64,000 nt of DNA from an uncultured archaeon (GTDB lineage Archaea > Nanobdellota > Nanobdellia > Pacearchaeales > GW2011-AR1): assembly GCA_902385655.1 (NCBI GenBank), contig CABMGO010000006.1:10329-74328 (forward strand), given 5' to 3'. Shown here one piece after another: positions 34,082 through 42,728 of the stretch. Below the pieces are notes generated by a model. That model saw nothing but the letters and a program-made list of their open reading frames with translations, ran no database searches and was not told the origin of the DNA. The translations under genes and the position numbers were made by a program. Within the stretch, counting starts at the first letter, position 1. Every line of letters begins with the position of its first letter.

Positions 34082-34232
34082 TTGTGAAACTTCTCAAATT
34101 TAATTTAGAGTAAAGAGGTTCGCAAGTTTGCGACTTTTGCGTAAAGCAAATGAATCGACTTGTTCGATGCTTTATGGAGCAAACGCTTACCTTATTGACA
34201 ACTACGACTGAGAGGAGTTTAGTGTTTGTCAT
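34071..34232 (-). CDS. small ORF (53 aa) spanning repeat R2; coding status doubtful
   Basis: MTNTKLLSVVVVNKVSV...; starts 1 nt after upstream permease stop (TAA-A-ATG), ends 11 nt inside the next gene. Confidence 0.2.
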   Translation of the reverse strand: MTNTKLLSVVVVNKVSVCSIKHRTSRFICFTQKSQTCEPLYSKLNLRSFTNGT

Positions 34233-34233
34233 T
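34082..34233 (-). repeat. structured intergenic module, copy R2
   Basis: Hairpin 1 34082-34094/34114-34125 (two GU pairs only in plus-sense RNA); further hairpins GTTTGC...GCAAAC and ATCGA-CTTGT-TCGAT. Confidence 0.65.
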
Positions 34234-35454
34234 TTATTTTCTCAATGCCTCCACAGGATTTAACGAAGCTGCTTTTAATGCAGGGGCAATTCCCGATACC
34301 GAACCTATAAAAAAACTTCCGAATAAAGCAAAAGAGACTAAGAAGACGCTTAACTGGTGAGGAGTATTTCCACCGATAAATTGATTTAAAGCATCAACAC
34401 CAACAAAAGCAATTCCTAATCCTAAAAGAATTCCAATTACGCCTCCAATTAACCCTAATAACCCTGCTTCAAAGAAGAATTGGAAAAAAATATCTGAATT
34501 CTTGGCACCAATCGCTTTCATTATTCCAATTTCTTTAAATCTCTCCATTACGGAAGTAGTCATAGTATTGACAATTCCAACTGCCCCTACTAAAATAGAT
34601 ATAGAAGCAATAAGTGCAATAAAAATTTGAATACCTGTTAAAATTTGATTAACGTTAGATAACATTGCCTGAGGTGTAGAAACTTGAAAGTCTTCTTGTC
34701 CCATTTTTACATTTCTTCTCTCTCTAAGTAATTTTTCAATTTCAGTTTTTGCAATCTCCATAAGATCTTTGCTCTTTACTTTTACTGCAATCACATCAAC
34801 TTCATCAGTATTATTTGTCAAATCTCTCAAGGGTTGTTCCATTATTATAACTGCTCTGTCAATTGTAAAACTTCCTTTTTTTGCCAATATTCCTGCGACC
34901 CTAAAATCTTTTCCATTAATTGAAATTTTATCTCCGACATGTATATCCTTGCCAAAACCATTTTTTGTTCCATCGCCCATGTCATTCCCAATTAGGATCT
35001 TATTATTGTCCCCATCTCCGATTAGTCTTCCTTGCGCAGCACTTAAATCAAGATAAGAATAAATTCTTTTTCCATTTTCCCCCTCAGGATTGCTTACTGC
35101 GTATCCGATATTCAACTTATTATTGAACTCCATTTTCAGTGTCTCAATATTTCTTCCTATTGCCGCCTCGACAGAACTAATCTTTCCAATCGCTAAAACA
35201 TCTTCTTTAGTTAGAGGTTTTACAACTCCGCTTCCGGGTGGGCCAAAGCCAGTTAACCCTCCCGCCTGTACGGTAATCAGTTCAGTAGATGAAACTTGAA
35301 ATTGAGAATTCACTGCAGTTTTTAATCCATCACCCAGGGAGACTAAAGCGACCACTGCAGTTATACCAATAACAATTCCTAAAAGAGTAAGCCAACTTCT
35401 TACTCCCCTCCTTCTCAAATTTTTTAAAGCAATTCCAAAATATTCTAATTTCAT
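34234..35454 (-). CDS. ABC transporter permease, MacB/FtsX type (paralog)
   Basis: Same architecture; RFKEIGIMKAIGA. Confidence 0.8.
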   Translation of the reverse strand: MKLEYFGIALKNLRRRGVRSWLTLLGIVIGITAVVALVSLGDGLKTAVNSQFQVSSTELITVQAGGLTGFGPPGSGVVKPLTKEDVLAIGKISSVEAAIGRNIETLKMEFNNKLNIGYAVSNPEGENGKRIYSYLDLSAAQGRLIGDGDNNKILIGNDMGDGTKNGFGKDIHVGDKISINGKDFRVAGILAKKGSFTIDRAVIIMEQPLRDLTNNTDEVDVIAVKVKSKDLMEIAKTEIEKLLRERRNVKMGQEDFQVSTPQAMLSNVNQILTGIQIFIALIASISILVGAVGIVNTMTTSVMERFKEIGIMKAIGAKNSDIFFQFFFEAGLLGLIGGVIGILLGLGIAFVGVDALNQFIGGNTPHQLSVFLVSFALFGSFFIGSVSGIAPALKAASLNPVEALRK

Positions 35455-35466
35455 GATTACTCGTGT

Positions 35467-36174
35467 TTATTTTCTCCTAGTAACTTTCTCTAGCTGGCCA
35501 TCTCGGATCCAGTAAACAATTTCAGCATGTTTTTGTGCCAGTTCGGGCGAGTGGGTTACCATAATTATTGTCCTTCCTTTTTTATGAAGCTCATCAAGAA
35601 ATTTCATAACTATATCTCCAGTTTTAGTATCCAAATTTCCTGTAGGTTCGTCCGCTAAAATAACTTCAGGGTCATTAGCTAAAGAACGAGCAATTGCAAC
35701 TCTTTGTTGTTGTCCTCCAGAAAGTTGGTTAGGATAGTGATCCATTCTGTCTTGAAGTTCAACGAGTTTCAATAAGCTTTCAGCTTTCTTTTCTCTTTCT
35801 TCAAAACTAACCCCTTGGAATAACATCGGGAGCATAATATTTTCTTTTGCAGTTAGGTTAGGAATTAAATTAAAACTCTGAAAAATAAATCCAATTTTTT
35901 TCCCTCTTATTTGCGCAAGGTCGGATTCATGTAACTTTGAAATATCATTATTATCTAAAAAAATTTTTCCATATGTCGGGACATCCAAGCTACCTACAAG
36001 ATTCATTGCAGTAGATTTTCCCGAACCAGAAGGACCCATAATTGCAACGAATTCTCCTTTTTTTATGTCCAAAGTCAAGTGATCGAGTGCATGGACTCTC
36101 GCTTGGCCCATCTTATATATCTTGTGAACATCTCTTAACCTAATAATTACTTCTGATTTTTCTCTCTTTTTCAT
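35467..36174 (-). CDS. ABC transporter ATP-binding protein (MacB/LolD type)
   Basis: Walker [10 protein letters not shown], signature LSGGQQQR, Walker B ILADEP; ATG 36174 (track start 36201 is a TTG inside hairpin 1 of R3). Confidence 0.9.
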   Translation of the reverse strand: MKKREKSEVIIRLRDVHKIYKMGQARVHALDHLTLDIKKGEFVAIMGPSGSGKSTAMNLVGSLDVPTYGKIFLDNNDISKLHESDLAQIRGKKIGFIFQSFNLIPNLTAKENIMLPMLFQGVSFEEREKKAESLLKLVELQDRMDHYPNQLSGGQQQRVAIARSLANDPEVILADEPTGNLDTKTGDIVMKFLDELHKKGRTIIMVTHSPELAQKHAEIVYWIRDGQLEKVTRRK

Positions 36175-36285
36175 TTTGACAATTTCCGAAGGAGTTGGCA
36201 AGGTTACAACTTTATGGCGTAACCGCTATCGGATTTTTTCGATCGAACCCTAGGTTCGAAATCATTCGAAAAACGTCCTATCAGC
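36175..36285 (-). repeat. structured intergenic module, copy R3 (in a divergent intergenic region)
   Basis: Short hairpin 1 36176-36182/36195-36201 with UUCG loop in gene sense, hairpin 2 GGTTAC/GTAACC, CGCTATC box, hairpin 3 36243-36259 inside TTTTTCGA/TCGAAAAA outer stem. Confidence 0.65.
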
Positions 36286-36345
36286 CAAACCCTATATTAG
36301 TTTTAATATCAAAACCTTTAAAAACACTCCTAAAATTGATTTAGT

Positions 36346-36543
36346 ATGATAATCCCAGTAAGATGTTTTTCATGTGGAAAGCCAATTGCTCACTTGTGGA
36401 ATCAATACAAGGAAAAAGTAGCTAAGGGCGAAGATCCAAAAAAAGTTTTCGAAGAACTTGGTTTAGACAGATATTGCTGCAGAGCAATTTTCTTAGGGCA
36501 AGTTGACAACTTAGAATTAGTTAACAAATTCAAGAAATATTAA
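36346..36543 (+). CDS. rpoN: DNA-directed RNA polymerase subunit N (Rpo10)
   Basis: MIIPVRCFSCGKPI...YCCR. Confidence 0.9.
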   Translation: MIIPVRCFSCGKPIAHLWNQYKEKVAKGEDPKKVFEELGLDRYCCRAIFLGQVDNLELVNKFKKY

Positions 36544-36592
36544 TTTTTATTTTTTTCTAAATTTTTATAAAGTCTTTTGCGATAACTAATCT

Positions 36593-36805
36593 ATGGCAAA
36601 AAAATTACAACATTTGATTGATCGAGATTTAGACTTGTTTGCAAGGGCAGAAAGAGTTTTAGGAAGTTCGAAATCGGTTGAAAAATGGTTTTATTCTTAT
36701 CCAAAAGTATTTGCAGGAAAAACTCCTCTGGAAGTTTACGAGGAAGGAAGAGTCGAAGAAATTTATCAAATTCTAGGCAGGATTGAGCACGGAGTTTATT
36801 CTTAG
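36593..36805 (+). CDS. ParS/MbcA-type antitoxin C-terminal (DUF2384-like) domain protein
   Basis: 70 aa; AERVLGS...VEKWFYSYPKVFAGKTPLEV...GRVEEIYQILGRIEHGVYS fits the DUF2384 pattern. Confidence 0.45.
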   Translation: MAKKLQHLIDRDLDLFARAERVLGSSKSVEKWFYSYPKVFAGKTPLEVYEEGRVEEIYQILGRIEHGVYS

Positions 36806-37077
36806 AGTCCACCCAATTTTCCGCCCATTTCCAACCAACTTTTTTTAACGGCGAATAAATGTCTGCAATTATCCATCTCTCCAACACAAACAACCGTTCT
36901 TTCTTCATGGTAAGGTAAAAACCTCCTAGGTCCTTTTCTTTCGGGGAAAGGCTCTTCGCCAATGCAAACAGAAATTCCTAATGGCATTCTAGATGTCAAT
37001 ACATAATCTTTATTTTTTCCAGAATAAACTCTGTCATGAAATTCTTGGTATGTGGTGTAGATTTTTAGCTCTGCCAT
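36802..37077 (-). CDS. hypothetical protein (91 aa)
   Basis: ATG 28 nt downstream of the 5S rRNA 3' end; convergent with and overlapping the antitoxin-like gene by 4 nt. Confidence 0.4.
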   Translation of the reverse strand: MAELKIYTTYQEFHDRVYSGKNKDYVLTSRMPLGISVCIGEEPFPERKGPRRFLPYHEERTVVCVGEMDNCRHLFAVKKSWLEMGGKLGGL

Positions 37078-37104
37078 TTTTCTTTAACACCTCGAGAATA
37101 TAAG

Positions 37105-37217
<113 letters not shown>

Positions 37218-37237
37218 AAGCTCCTATTTTGTCTCGT

Positions 37238-38374
37238 TTATAAACCTTCCGTTACAATAGCTTTTCCGAAAAAATAATTTTTTAATTGTCCAAATACTCC
37301 CCTTCTCTGTGCTCTTAAATATTCTTTTATATGCTTTCCCGAATGCTTTCCAATACAGAATCTTTCTCCTTCCCAACCAACACTTTTAGGGTCTACAACT
37401 TCATAAGTTTTCGGGTTTGCCAAAACTCCATGCTGATGAATTCCAGATTCATGCCGAGAAGCATTTTTTCCAAGAAGCGGTTTGTTTATTGGAATTTCTA
37501 TTCCTGTTAATTTTGAAACAAGTTTAGCTGTTCGGTATATTTCTTCTGTTTGGATGTTTGTATACGTTTGGTAAAAATCACCTCGAGTTTCAAGAGCAGC
37601 GATAACTTCTTCTAAAGAGGCATTACCAGTTCGTTCTCCCATTCCAAGTATTGTTCCCTCGAATTGCGTCGCTCCTGCCAAAATTCCTTGAAGACTATTT
37701 GAAACTGCTTGTCCCATATCATTATGACAGTGAACTGACAAACTCATTTTTCCAGAATTAATTTCTTCAGAAAATTTTTTTCTAACTTTTTTTACTCTTT
37801 CATACATTTCAGATGGTTGGCAATATCCCACAGTATCAGCAATATTAATTATTCTCGCTCCAGCATCATAAGCAGTTCTCACAACTTTGAACAAGTAATC
37901 CAAATCCGTTCTAGATCCATCTTCAGGAGTAAATTCTATTTCATCTACAAAAGTTCTTGCATAAGAAACTCCGTTGTAAATCATTTCAAGCGCCTGTTCT
38001 TCTGTCTTCTTCAGTTTCGCATCAAGATGTAACTTCGAGGTTGCAAGGAATAGATGAATTCTTTTTTTCTTTGCATTCTCCAATGCTTTTGCACATTCTT
38101 CTATATCTCCTTTTGTTGCCCTACCAAATGCGCAGATAGCTGGGCCAGTTAAATTTTTTGAAATCATCTCTAGCGCTCTGAAATCTTCCTCATTAGAAGC
38201 AGGGAAGCCTCCCTCAATAACATCCACGCCCAATCTCTCCAATTGTAGTGCTATTTTTAGTTTCTGCTTCGGATTCAAACTAACTCCTGCAGCCTGTTCA
38301 CCATCTCTTAAAGTTGTATCAAAGACAAAAACACGCTTTCTCTCGTCAAGCTTATTAGAATAAGAAGGTTCCAT
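37238..38374 (-). CDS. 2-isopropylmalate / homocitrate / citramalate synthase family protein (catalytic domain only)
   Basis: FDTTLRDGEQ, HMGL-like TIM barrel, HCHNDMGQA; 378 aa, no LeuA regulatory domain. Confidence 0.8.
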   Translation of the reverse strand: MEPSYSNKLDERKRVFVFDTTLRDGEQAAGVSLNPKQKLKIALQLERLGVDVIEGGFPASNEEDFRALEMISKNLTGPAICAFGRATKGDIEECAKALENAKKKRIHLFLATSKLHLDAKLKKTEEQALEMIYNGVSYARTFVDEIEFTPEDGSRTDLDYLFKVVRTAYDAGARIINIADTVGYCQPSEMYERVKKVRKKFSEEINSGKMSLSVHCHNDMGQAVSNSLQGILAGATQFEGTILGMGERTGNASLEEVIAALETRGDFYQTYTNIQTEEIYRTAKLVSKLTGIEIPINKPLLGKNASRHESGIHQHGVLANPKTYEVVDPKSVGWEGERFCIGKHSGKHIKEYLRAQRRGVFGQLKNYFFGKAIVTEGL

Positions 38375-38604
38375 GAAGTCTCCAAAATTTTTAAGAAAAA
38401 GGAAACCCGTTTACAAAATTAGTAATTCACTAATAATTTGTATTTGGGTTTGCATATAATTTTCAGGAATCTTGCCTATATAAATTTTGCTTTTCAACCA
38501 AGTTTTAAAATAACAAACTTTTTGGGTGTCTACTCTACTCCCAATTTGCATTTCTAATTTTTTTATTTTTCTTGCTTCGCAAATGTAATGAAAAGCAAAT
38601 TGTT

Positions 38605-38656
38605 CGGTCAAACGGGCAAGATTTAAGCTCTTGCTTTTGTCACGGCAGGGTCAAGC
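38605..38656 (+). pseudogene. tRNA-Leu(TAA) internal fragment
   Basis: 38605-38633 is identical over 29 nt to 38782-38810 of the intact tRNA (D loop to anticodon stem); similarity then decays. Confidence 0.6.
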
Positions 38657-38767
38657 TTTTTCAACAAATAGTTTTCTAAATTCAAAAAGAGCAGAAAGCG
38701 AGCAGAATCCGTCCTTCTAAATTATCCAATAGTTTTTTATAGTCTTGTTTAACCCTATATTTTATCT

Positions 38768-38850
38768 GTGGGGGTGCCGGAGCGGTCAAACGGGCAAGAT
38801 TTAAGCTCTTGTGGCTTTTGCCTTCGGGGGTTCGAATCCTCCCTCCCACA
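38768..38850 (+). tRNA. tRNA-Leu (anticodon TAA)
   Basis: Acceptor GTGGGGG/CTCCCAC, anticodon stem CAAGA/TCTTG, loop TTTAAGC, long variable arm, T arm GGGGG-TTCGAAT-CCTCC, discriminator A. Confidence 0.9.
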
Positions 38851-38927
38851 TTCATTTTCCAATTCTAACGGTGAATTTTTTCACCTACTCTAATAAAAAT
38901 AAACAAATAAAAAATAAATTTTCTTAA

Positions 38928-39098
38928 TTACTTTCTTTTCTTCTTGTAATTTCTAACTAATTTTCCTATTCCAATGATTAAAACTATTGCTCCCAAAACC
39001 CCTAAAGATGATGGACTAGTTATTGAAAATAGGCCCAAAGCAGCGAGTATAAGAAAAACTCCTGTTAAGGTTACAAGCCATGCAGTTAACTTTGCCAT
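38928..39098 (-). CDS. small membrane protein (56 aa), below the ORF-track cut-off
   Basis: MAKLTAWLVTLTGVFLILAALGLFSITSPSSLGVLGAIVLIIGIGKLVRNYKKKRK; SD AAGGGAGGT about 5 nt upstream of ATG. Confidence 0.5.
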   Translation of the reverse strand: MAKLTAWLVTLTGVFLILAALGLFSITSPSSLGVLGAIVLIIGIGKLVRNYKKKRK

Positions 39099-39200
39099 TT
39101 CTACCTCCCTTTATCAAATAAGTATGCAAAGCATCTATATAAACTAGTGGTCAGGCTCAATTTTCGACACATTTAAATAATCCTCCCAACTGATAATTAA

Positions 39201-39398
39201 ATGAATAAAAAAAGAGTTGGTTTTTGGTTTCAAGTACCTGCAATTGCATTGCTTGTAATTAGCGCCGTTGCAAGCTTGGTTGTAAAGATCACAAATTCGT
39301 ATCCTTTAACATGGTTAACTCCAATAACTCTTTTAGCAATAACAATTCTTTACTTCTTAGGCAGAAGCTATGAGAAATCTGACCACTTCTCTTTTTAA
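39201..39398 (+). CDS. small membrane protein
   Basis: 65 aa, two hydrophobic helices. Confidence 0.45.
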   Translation: MNKKRVGFWFQVPAIALLVISAVASLVVKITNSYPLTWLTPITLLAITILYFLGRSYEKSDHFSF

Positions 39399-39441
39399 TT
39401 TTTCAATAAACTTTTATACTATTAGTTCGACTATTTTTTAA

Positions 39442-39515
39442 GCCCGGGTAGCTCAATTGGATAGAGCAGTGGCATCCTAAGCCGAAGGTTGGGAGTTCAA
39501 GTCTTCCCTCGGGCG
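39442..39515 (+). tRNA. tRNA-Arg (anticodon CCT)
   Basis: Acceptor GCCCGGG/CTCGGGC, D arm GCTC-AATTGGATA-GAGC, loop ATCCTAA, T arm GGGAG-TTCAAGT-CTTCC; one 27:43 mismatch. Confidence 0.7.
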
Positions 39516-39572
39516 TTTGAGTTGATTATACAAAACCTTTAAAACCTTAATTTTCATCAAGTTTTTATATTC

Positions 39573-39664
39573 GCACTGGTAGTATAATGGTAGTATAGTT
39601 GGTTTCCAAGTATTAAATTGTACGAAACGACCAATTGGCTCGGGTCCGATTCCCGACCGGTGCA
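39573..39664 (+). tRNA. tRNA-Gly (anticodon TCC) with a 21-nt intron
   Basis: Acceptor GCACTGG/CCGGTGC, D arm GTAT-AATGGTA-GTAT, anticodon stem GTTGG/CCAAT, loop TTTCCAA followed by 21 extra nt (39610-39630), T arm TCGGG-TCCGATT-CCCGA. Confidence 0.7.
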
Positions 39665-40701
39665 TGAAAAAGAAAATGAAGAACAAACTGAACGCATTTT
39701 ATAACAAGCACTACCAGCTTTCTCTAATTTTCCCAGCAGTGGTTTTAATTCTCTCTTTAATTTTTATAGGTCATAACTATTTTTCTCATGGCGATATCCT
39801 TAATCGTGATGTCTCTTTAACTGGTGGAACATCTATAACTTTTGCATCAAACCTTCCTGTAGAAGATGTTCAAAAAGCACTTTCAAGTTCAATTTCCGAC
39901 GTAGAGGTAAGGAGCCTTTCAGATAACACAGGAATTCAAACTCATCTTTCAGTAATTACTTCTCAGAATTTAGATACTATAAAACCTATTTTAGAAAAGT
40001 ACTTGGGTTATTCTCTCACTGACCAAAATTCAACAATCGAGTCTACTGGATCAAGCCTCAGCAAAGATTTTTACAAACAATTACTTATTGCAGTTCTTAT
40101 TGCTTTCTTTTGGATGGCTGCAGTCGTTTTCATTATTTATGCTTCAAAGAGAAGCGCAAAAGTTTGGGCAATAATTATTAATCTTCTTCTAGGATTTTTT
40201 ATGGGTTCATTCTTTTTCAATTTACCAATAATTCTTTCAATAATAATTCTGGTTGCAATAGCAGGATACTTAATTTATATTTATATAAAACACTCCGTTC
40301 CTAGCTTCGCAGTTATGCTCTGTGCCTTCTTAGATGTAATCATGACTCTCGCAGTAGTCGATCTAACTGGAATGAAAATTTCTGCAGCAGGAATTGTTGC
40401 ATTCTTAATGCTTATTGGATATTCTGTAGACACTGATATTCTTCTGACTACAAGAGTTTTGAAAAGACACGGAACTTCTGTCAATCATGAAATCTTTGGA
40501 GCATTCAAAACAGGAATGACTATGACGTTGACTGCTCTCGCTTCAGTGGCTGTAGCTCTTATTTTTGTTTATTCTTACAAAACTTCTCTTAATCAAATTT
40601 TTGAGATTTTATTAATTGGCTTATTCTTTGACATATTCAATACTTGGATAACAAATACTGCTTTAATTAAATGGTTCGTAGAGAGGGACAGCTTCAAATG
40701 A
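39664..40701 (+). CDS. secF: protein-export membrane protein SecF
   Basis: N-terminal TM, DVSLTGGTSITF, C-terminal 5-TM bundle; first ATG shares its A with the tRNA-Gly discriminator (alternative ATG 39676). Confidence 0.8.
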   Translation: MKKKMKNKLNAFYNKHYQLSLIFPAVVLILSLIFIGHNYFSHGDILNRDVSLTGGTSITFASNLPVEDVQKALSSSISDVEVRSLSDNTGIQTHLSVITSQNLDTIKPILEKYLGYSLTDQNSTIESTGSSLSKDFYKQLLIAVLIAFFWMAAVVFIIYASKRSAKVWAIIINLLLGFFMGSFFFNLPIILSIIILVAIAGYLIYIYIKHSVPSFAVMLCAFLDVIMTLAVVDLTGMKISAAGIVAFLMLIGYSVDTDILLTTRVLKRHGTSVNHEIFGAFKTGMTMTLTALASVAVALIFVYSYKTSLNQIFEILLIGLFFDIFNTWITNTALIKWFVERDSFK

Positions 40702-42257
40702 AATTAACCTGGAGAATGTGGGTTTTGATAGTCTTCGTTTCATTCTCACTCTTGGCAATTTTTGTCTCCCCCGGCCCATCGATTCCTGCTTTAGAAAAAG
40801 GATTAAGCGTAAAATATGTGGAGCAGAATAGTTCAATATTTAATCAAGGATTAAGGACGGGAGATATTATCCAATCTGTTAATGGACAGACGATAACAAA
40901 TGTTACTGATTTCGAAAACGCAATAACCATTTTATCAGATAATCAATCCCACAAATTAACTATTAAAACAAATAAGGAAGAAATAATTGGCTTATTCAAT
41001 TCCTCGATAACTAATGAAATAACTTTAGAAAAAATTTCTCCAACAAATCTTAAGGCAGGGTTAGACATTCAAGGGGGAGCAAAAGCTGTTGTAGCTGCAA
41101 AAGACCATGAGATCACTTCAGACGAGTTAGATCGTTTAATCGAGATTTCTCAGAATAGACTTAATCTTTACGGTCTTACAGATATGAAGATCTATCCTCA
41201 AGATGTTTTAGGTAAAAAGTTTATGGTAATTGAAATTGCAGGTTCTTCAAAATCTGACTTGGAAAATTTAATCAATCAGCAAGGTAAATTTGAAGCAAAA
41301 ATAGGAAACAACACTGTTTTTGTCGGCGGAAATGAAGATATTACCTATGTTGGTAGAAGTGGGCAAGATGCGGGAATATATTCCTGTGATCAAGCCTCAT
41401 CAGGTTATGTTTGTGAATTTAGATTTGTGATTTATTTATCTGAAAAAGCCGCACAAAGGCAAGCAGATCTTACATCTAACCTTTCTGTGAATCTTTCTTC
41501 CGGAGGAAGATATCTAAGTCAACCCCTTGATTTGCTCGTGGATAATCAGACTCTGGATAGCTTACAAATAGGTTCAGATCTAAAAGGACAAGTTACAACT
41601 CAAATACAGATTTCTGGTTCTGGTTCTGGAGCTACTCAACAAGAAGCTCTTGACAATGCAAAAGCAAATATGAAAAAATTACAGACCATTTTAATTACTG
41701 GAAGTCTTCCATTCAAATTAGATATAGTAAAGCTGGATAGAATTTCTCCTCTTTTAGGCGAGCAGTTTGTAAAATCAATTTTAATTGGTGGTTCATTAGC
41801 AATTCTGGCAGTTTCCATAATTATTTTCGCAAGATACAGAAAGATCAAAATCTCTCTTGCACTTTTATTAACTTCCTTTTCTGAAATTGTAATCATCTTA
41901 GGTGTTGCATCGATGATAAAATGGAATCTTGATCTTCCATCTCTCGCAGGAATAATTGCAACTATAGGTACTGGAGTTGACTCTCAAATAATGATTTTAG
42001 ATGAATCAAGAGGAAATCAGGGTTCTCTTATAGAAAAAATAAAGAAAGCATTATTTATAGTTTTCACAGCATTCGCTACTGCATTTGTTTCTTTAATACC
42101 TCTTACGGGTTTCTTAGGTTTCATGGGAATTACAGCAGCAGGCGGAGGATTTTTGAAAGGTTTCGCAATAACAAGTTTAATAGGTATCACTGCAGGAGTA
42201 GTTATAACAAGACCTGCATTTGCAGATATAATTAAACATATTAATGAACATCAATAA
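40698..42257 (+). CDS. secD: protein-export membrane protein SecD
   Basis: GLDIQGGAKAVV, large extracytoplasmic domain, C-terminal 5 TM; ATG 40698 overlaps secF stop (ATGA). Confidence 0.8.
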   Translation: MKLTWRMWVLIVFVSFSLLAIFVSPGPSIPALEKGLSVKYVEQNSSIFNQGLRTGDIIQSVNGQTITNVTDFENAITILSDNQSHKLTIKTNKEEIIGLFNSSITNEITLEKISPTNLKAGLDIQGGAKAVVAAKDHEITSDELDRLIEISQNRLNLYGLTDMKIYPQDVLGKKFMVIEIAGSSKSDLENLINQQGKFEAKIGNNTVFVGGNEDITYVGRSGQDAGIYSCDQASSGYVCEFRFVIYLSEKAAQRQADLTSNLSVNLSSGGRYLSQPLDLLVDNQTLDSLQIGSDLKGQVTTQIQISGSGSGATQQEALDNAKANMKKLQTILITGSLPFKLDIVKLDRISPLLGEQFVKSILIGGSLAILAVSIIIFARYRKIKISLALLLTSFSEIVIILGVASMIKWNLDLPSLAGIIATIGTGVDSQIMILDESRGNQGSLIEKIKKALFIVFTAFATAFVSLIPLTGFLGFMGITAAGGGFLKGFAITSLIGITAGVVITRPAFADIIKHINEHQ

Positions 42258-42728
42258 ATGCTACCACGCTGGCACATTCTTTCCGGATTTATTCTTTCTT
42301 TTTCTTTATGTTACTTTTTTAGCTTTTCTTTATTCGCAGGCCTGATTGTTTTCTTGTCCTCCATTTTTATTGATTTAGACTATGTTCTAGTTTACTACTT
42401 AGAAAAGAAAGATTTACATCCTAAAAACTTCTTTTATTGGTGGAATAAAAAACATGAAGTTTGGAAAAGTTTACAGAAAGAGGAAAGGAAAAATTTCAAA
42501 TCTCCTCAACGTATATTACATGGTGTTGAATTCTTAATTATTCTTTTAATTTTTTCTAAGATTAATGTCTTTTTTTGGTGGATTTTTTTAGGAGTTATTC
42601 TCCATTTAATTTTCGATTTAATTGACTTTGGGCTAGGCGAAGACAAGCATTTAATCTGCTCCAAAACTTCTCAACTTTGGACGTTTCATAAGAATAAAGG
42701 CAAAAGGTCGTTTGTCATCTCTTCCTAA
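42258..42728 (+). CDS. polytopic membrane protein
   Basis: 156 aa; ATG immediately follows secD stop. Confidence 0.45.
   Translation: MLPRWHILSGFILSFSLCYFFSFSLFAGLIVFLSSIFIDLDYVLVYYLEKKDLHPKNFFYWWNKKHEVWKSLQKEERKNFKSPQRILHGVEFLIILLIFSKINVFFWWIFLGVILHLIFDLIDFGLGEDKHLICSKTSQLWTFHKNKGKRSFVISS

Noticed and set aside
36591-36962. 123-aa track ORF on the minus strand
   Set aside because: It is fully antisense to the antitoxin-like gene, which has a recognisable domain pattern, and it is low-complexity Leu/Lys/Phe-rich. I considered a frameshifted RES-type toxin joined to 36802-37077 but could not find R-E-S motifs.
39477-39686. 69-aa track ORF on the minus strand
   Set aside because: It lies antisense across tRNA-Arg and the intron-containing tRNA-Gly. 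The open frame is explained by the tRNA genes.
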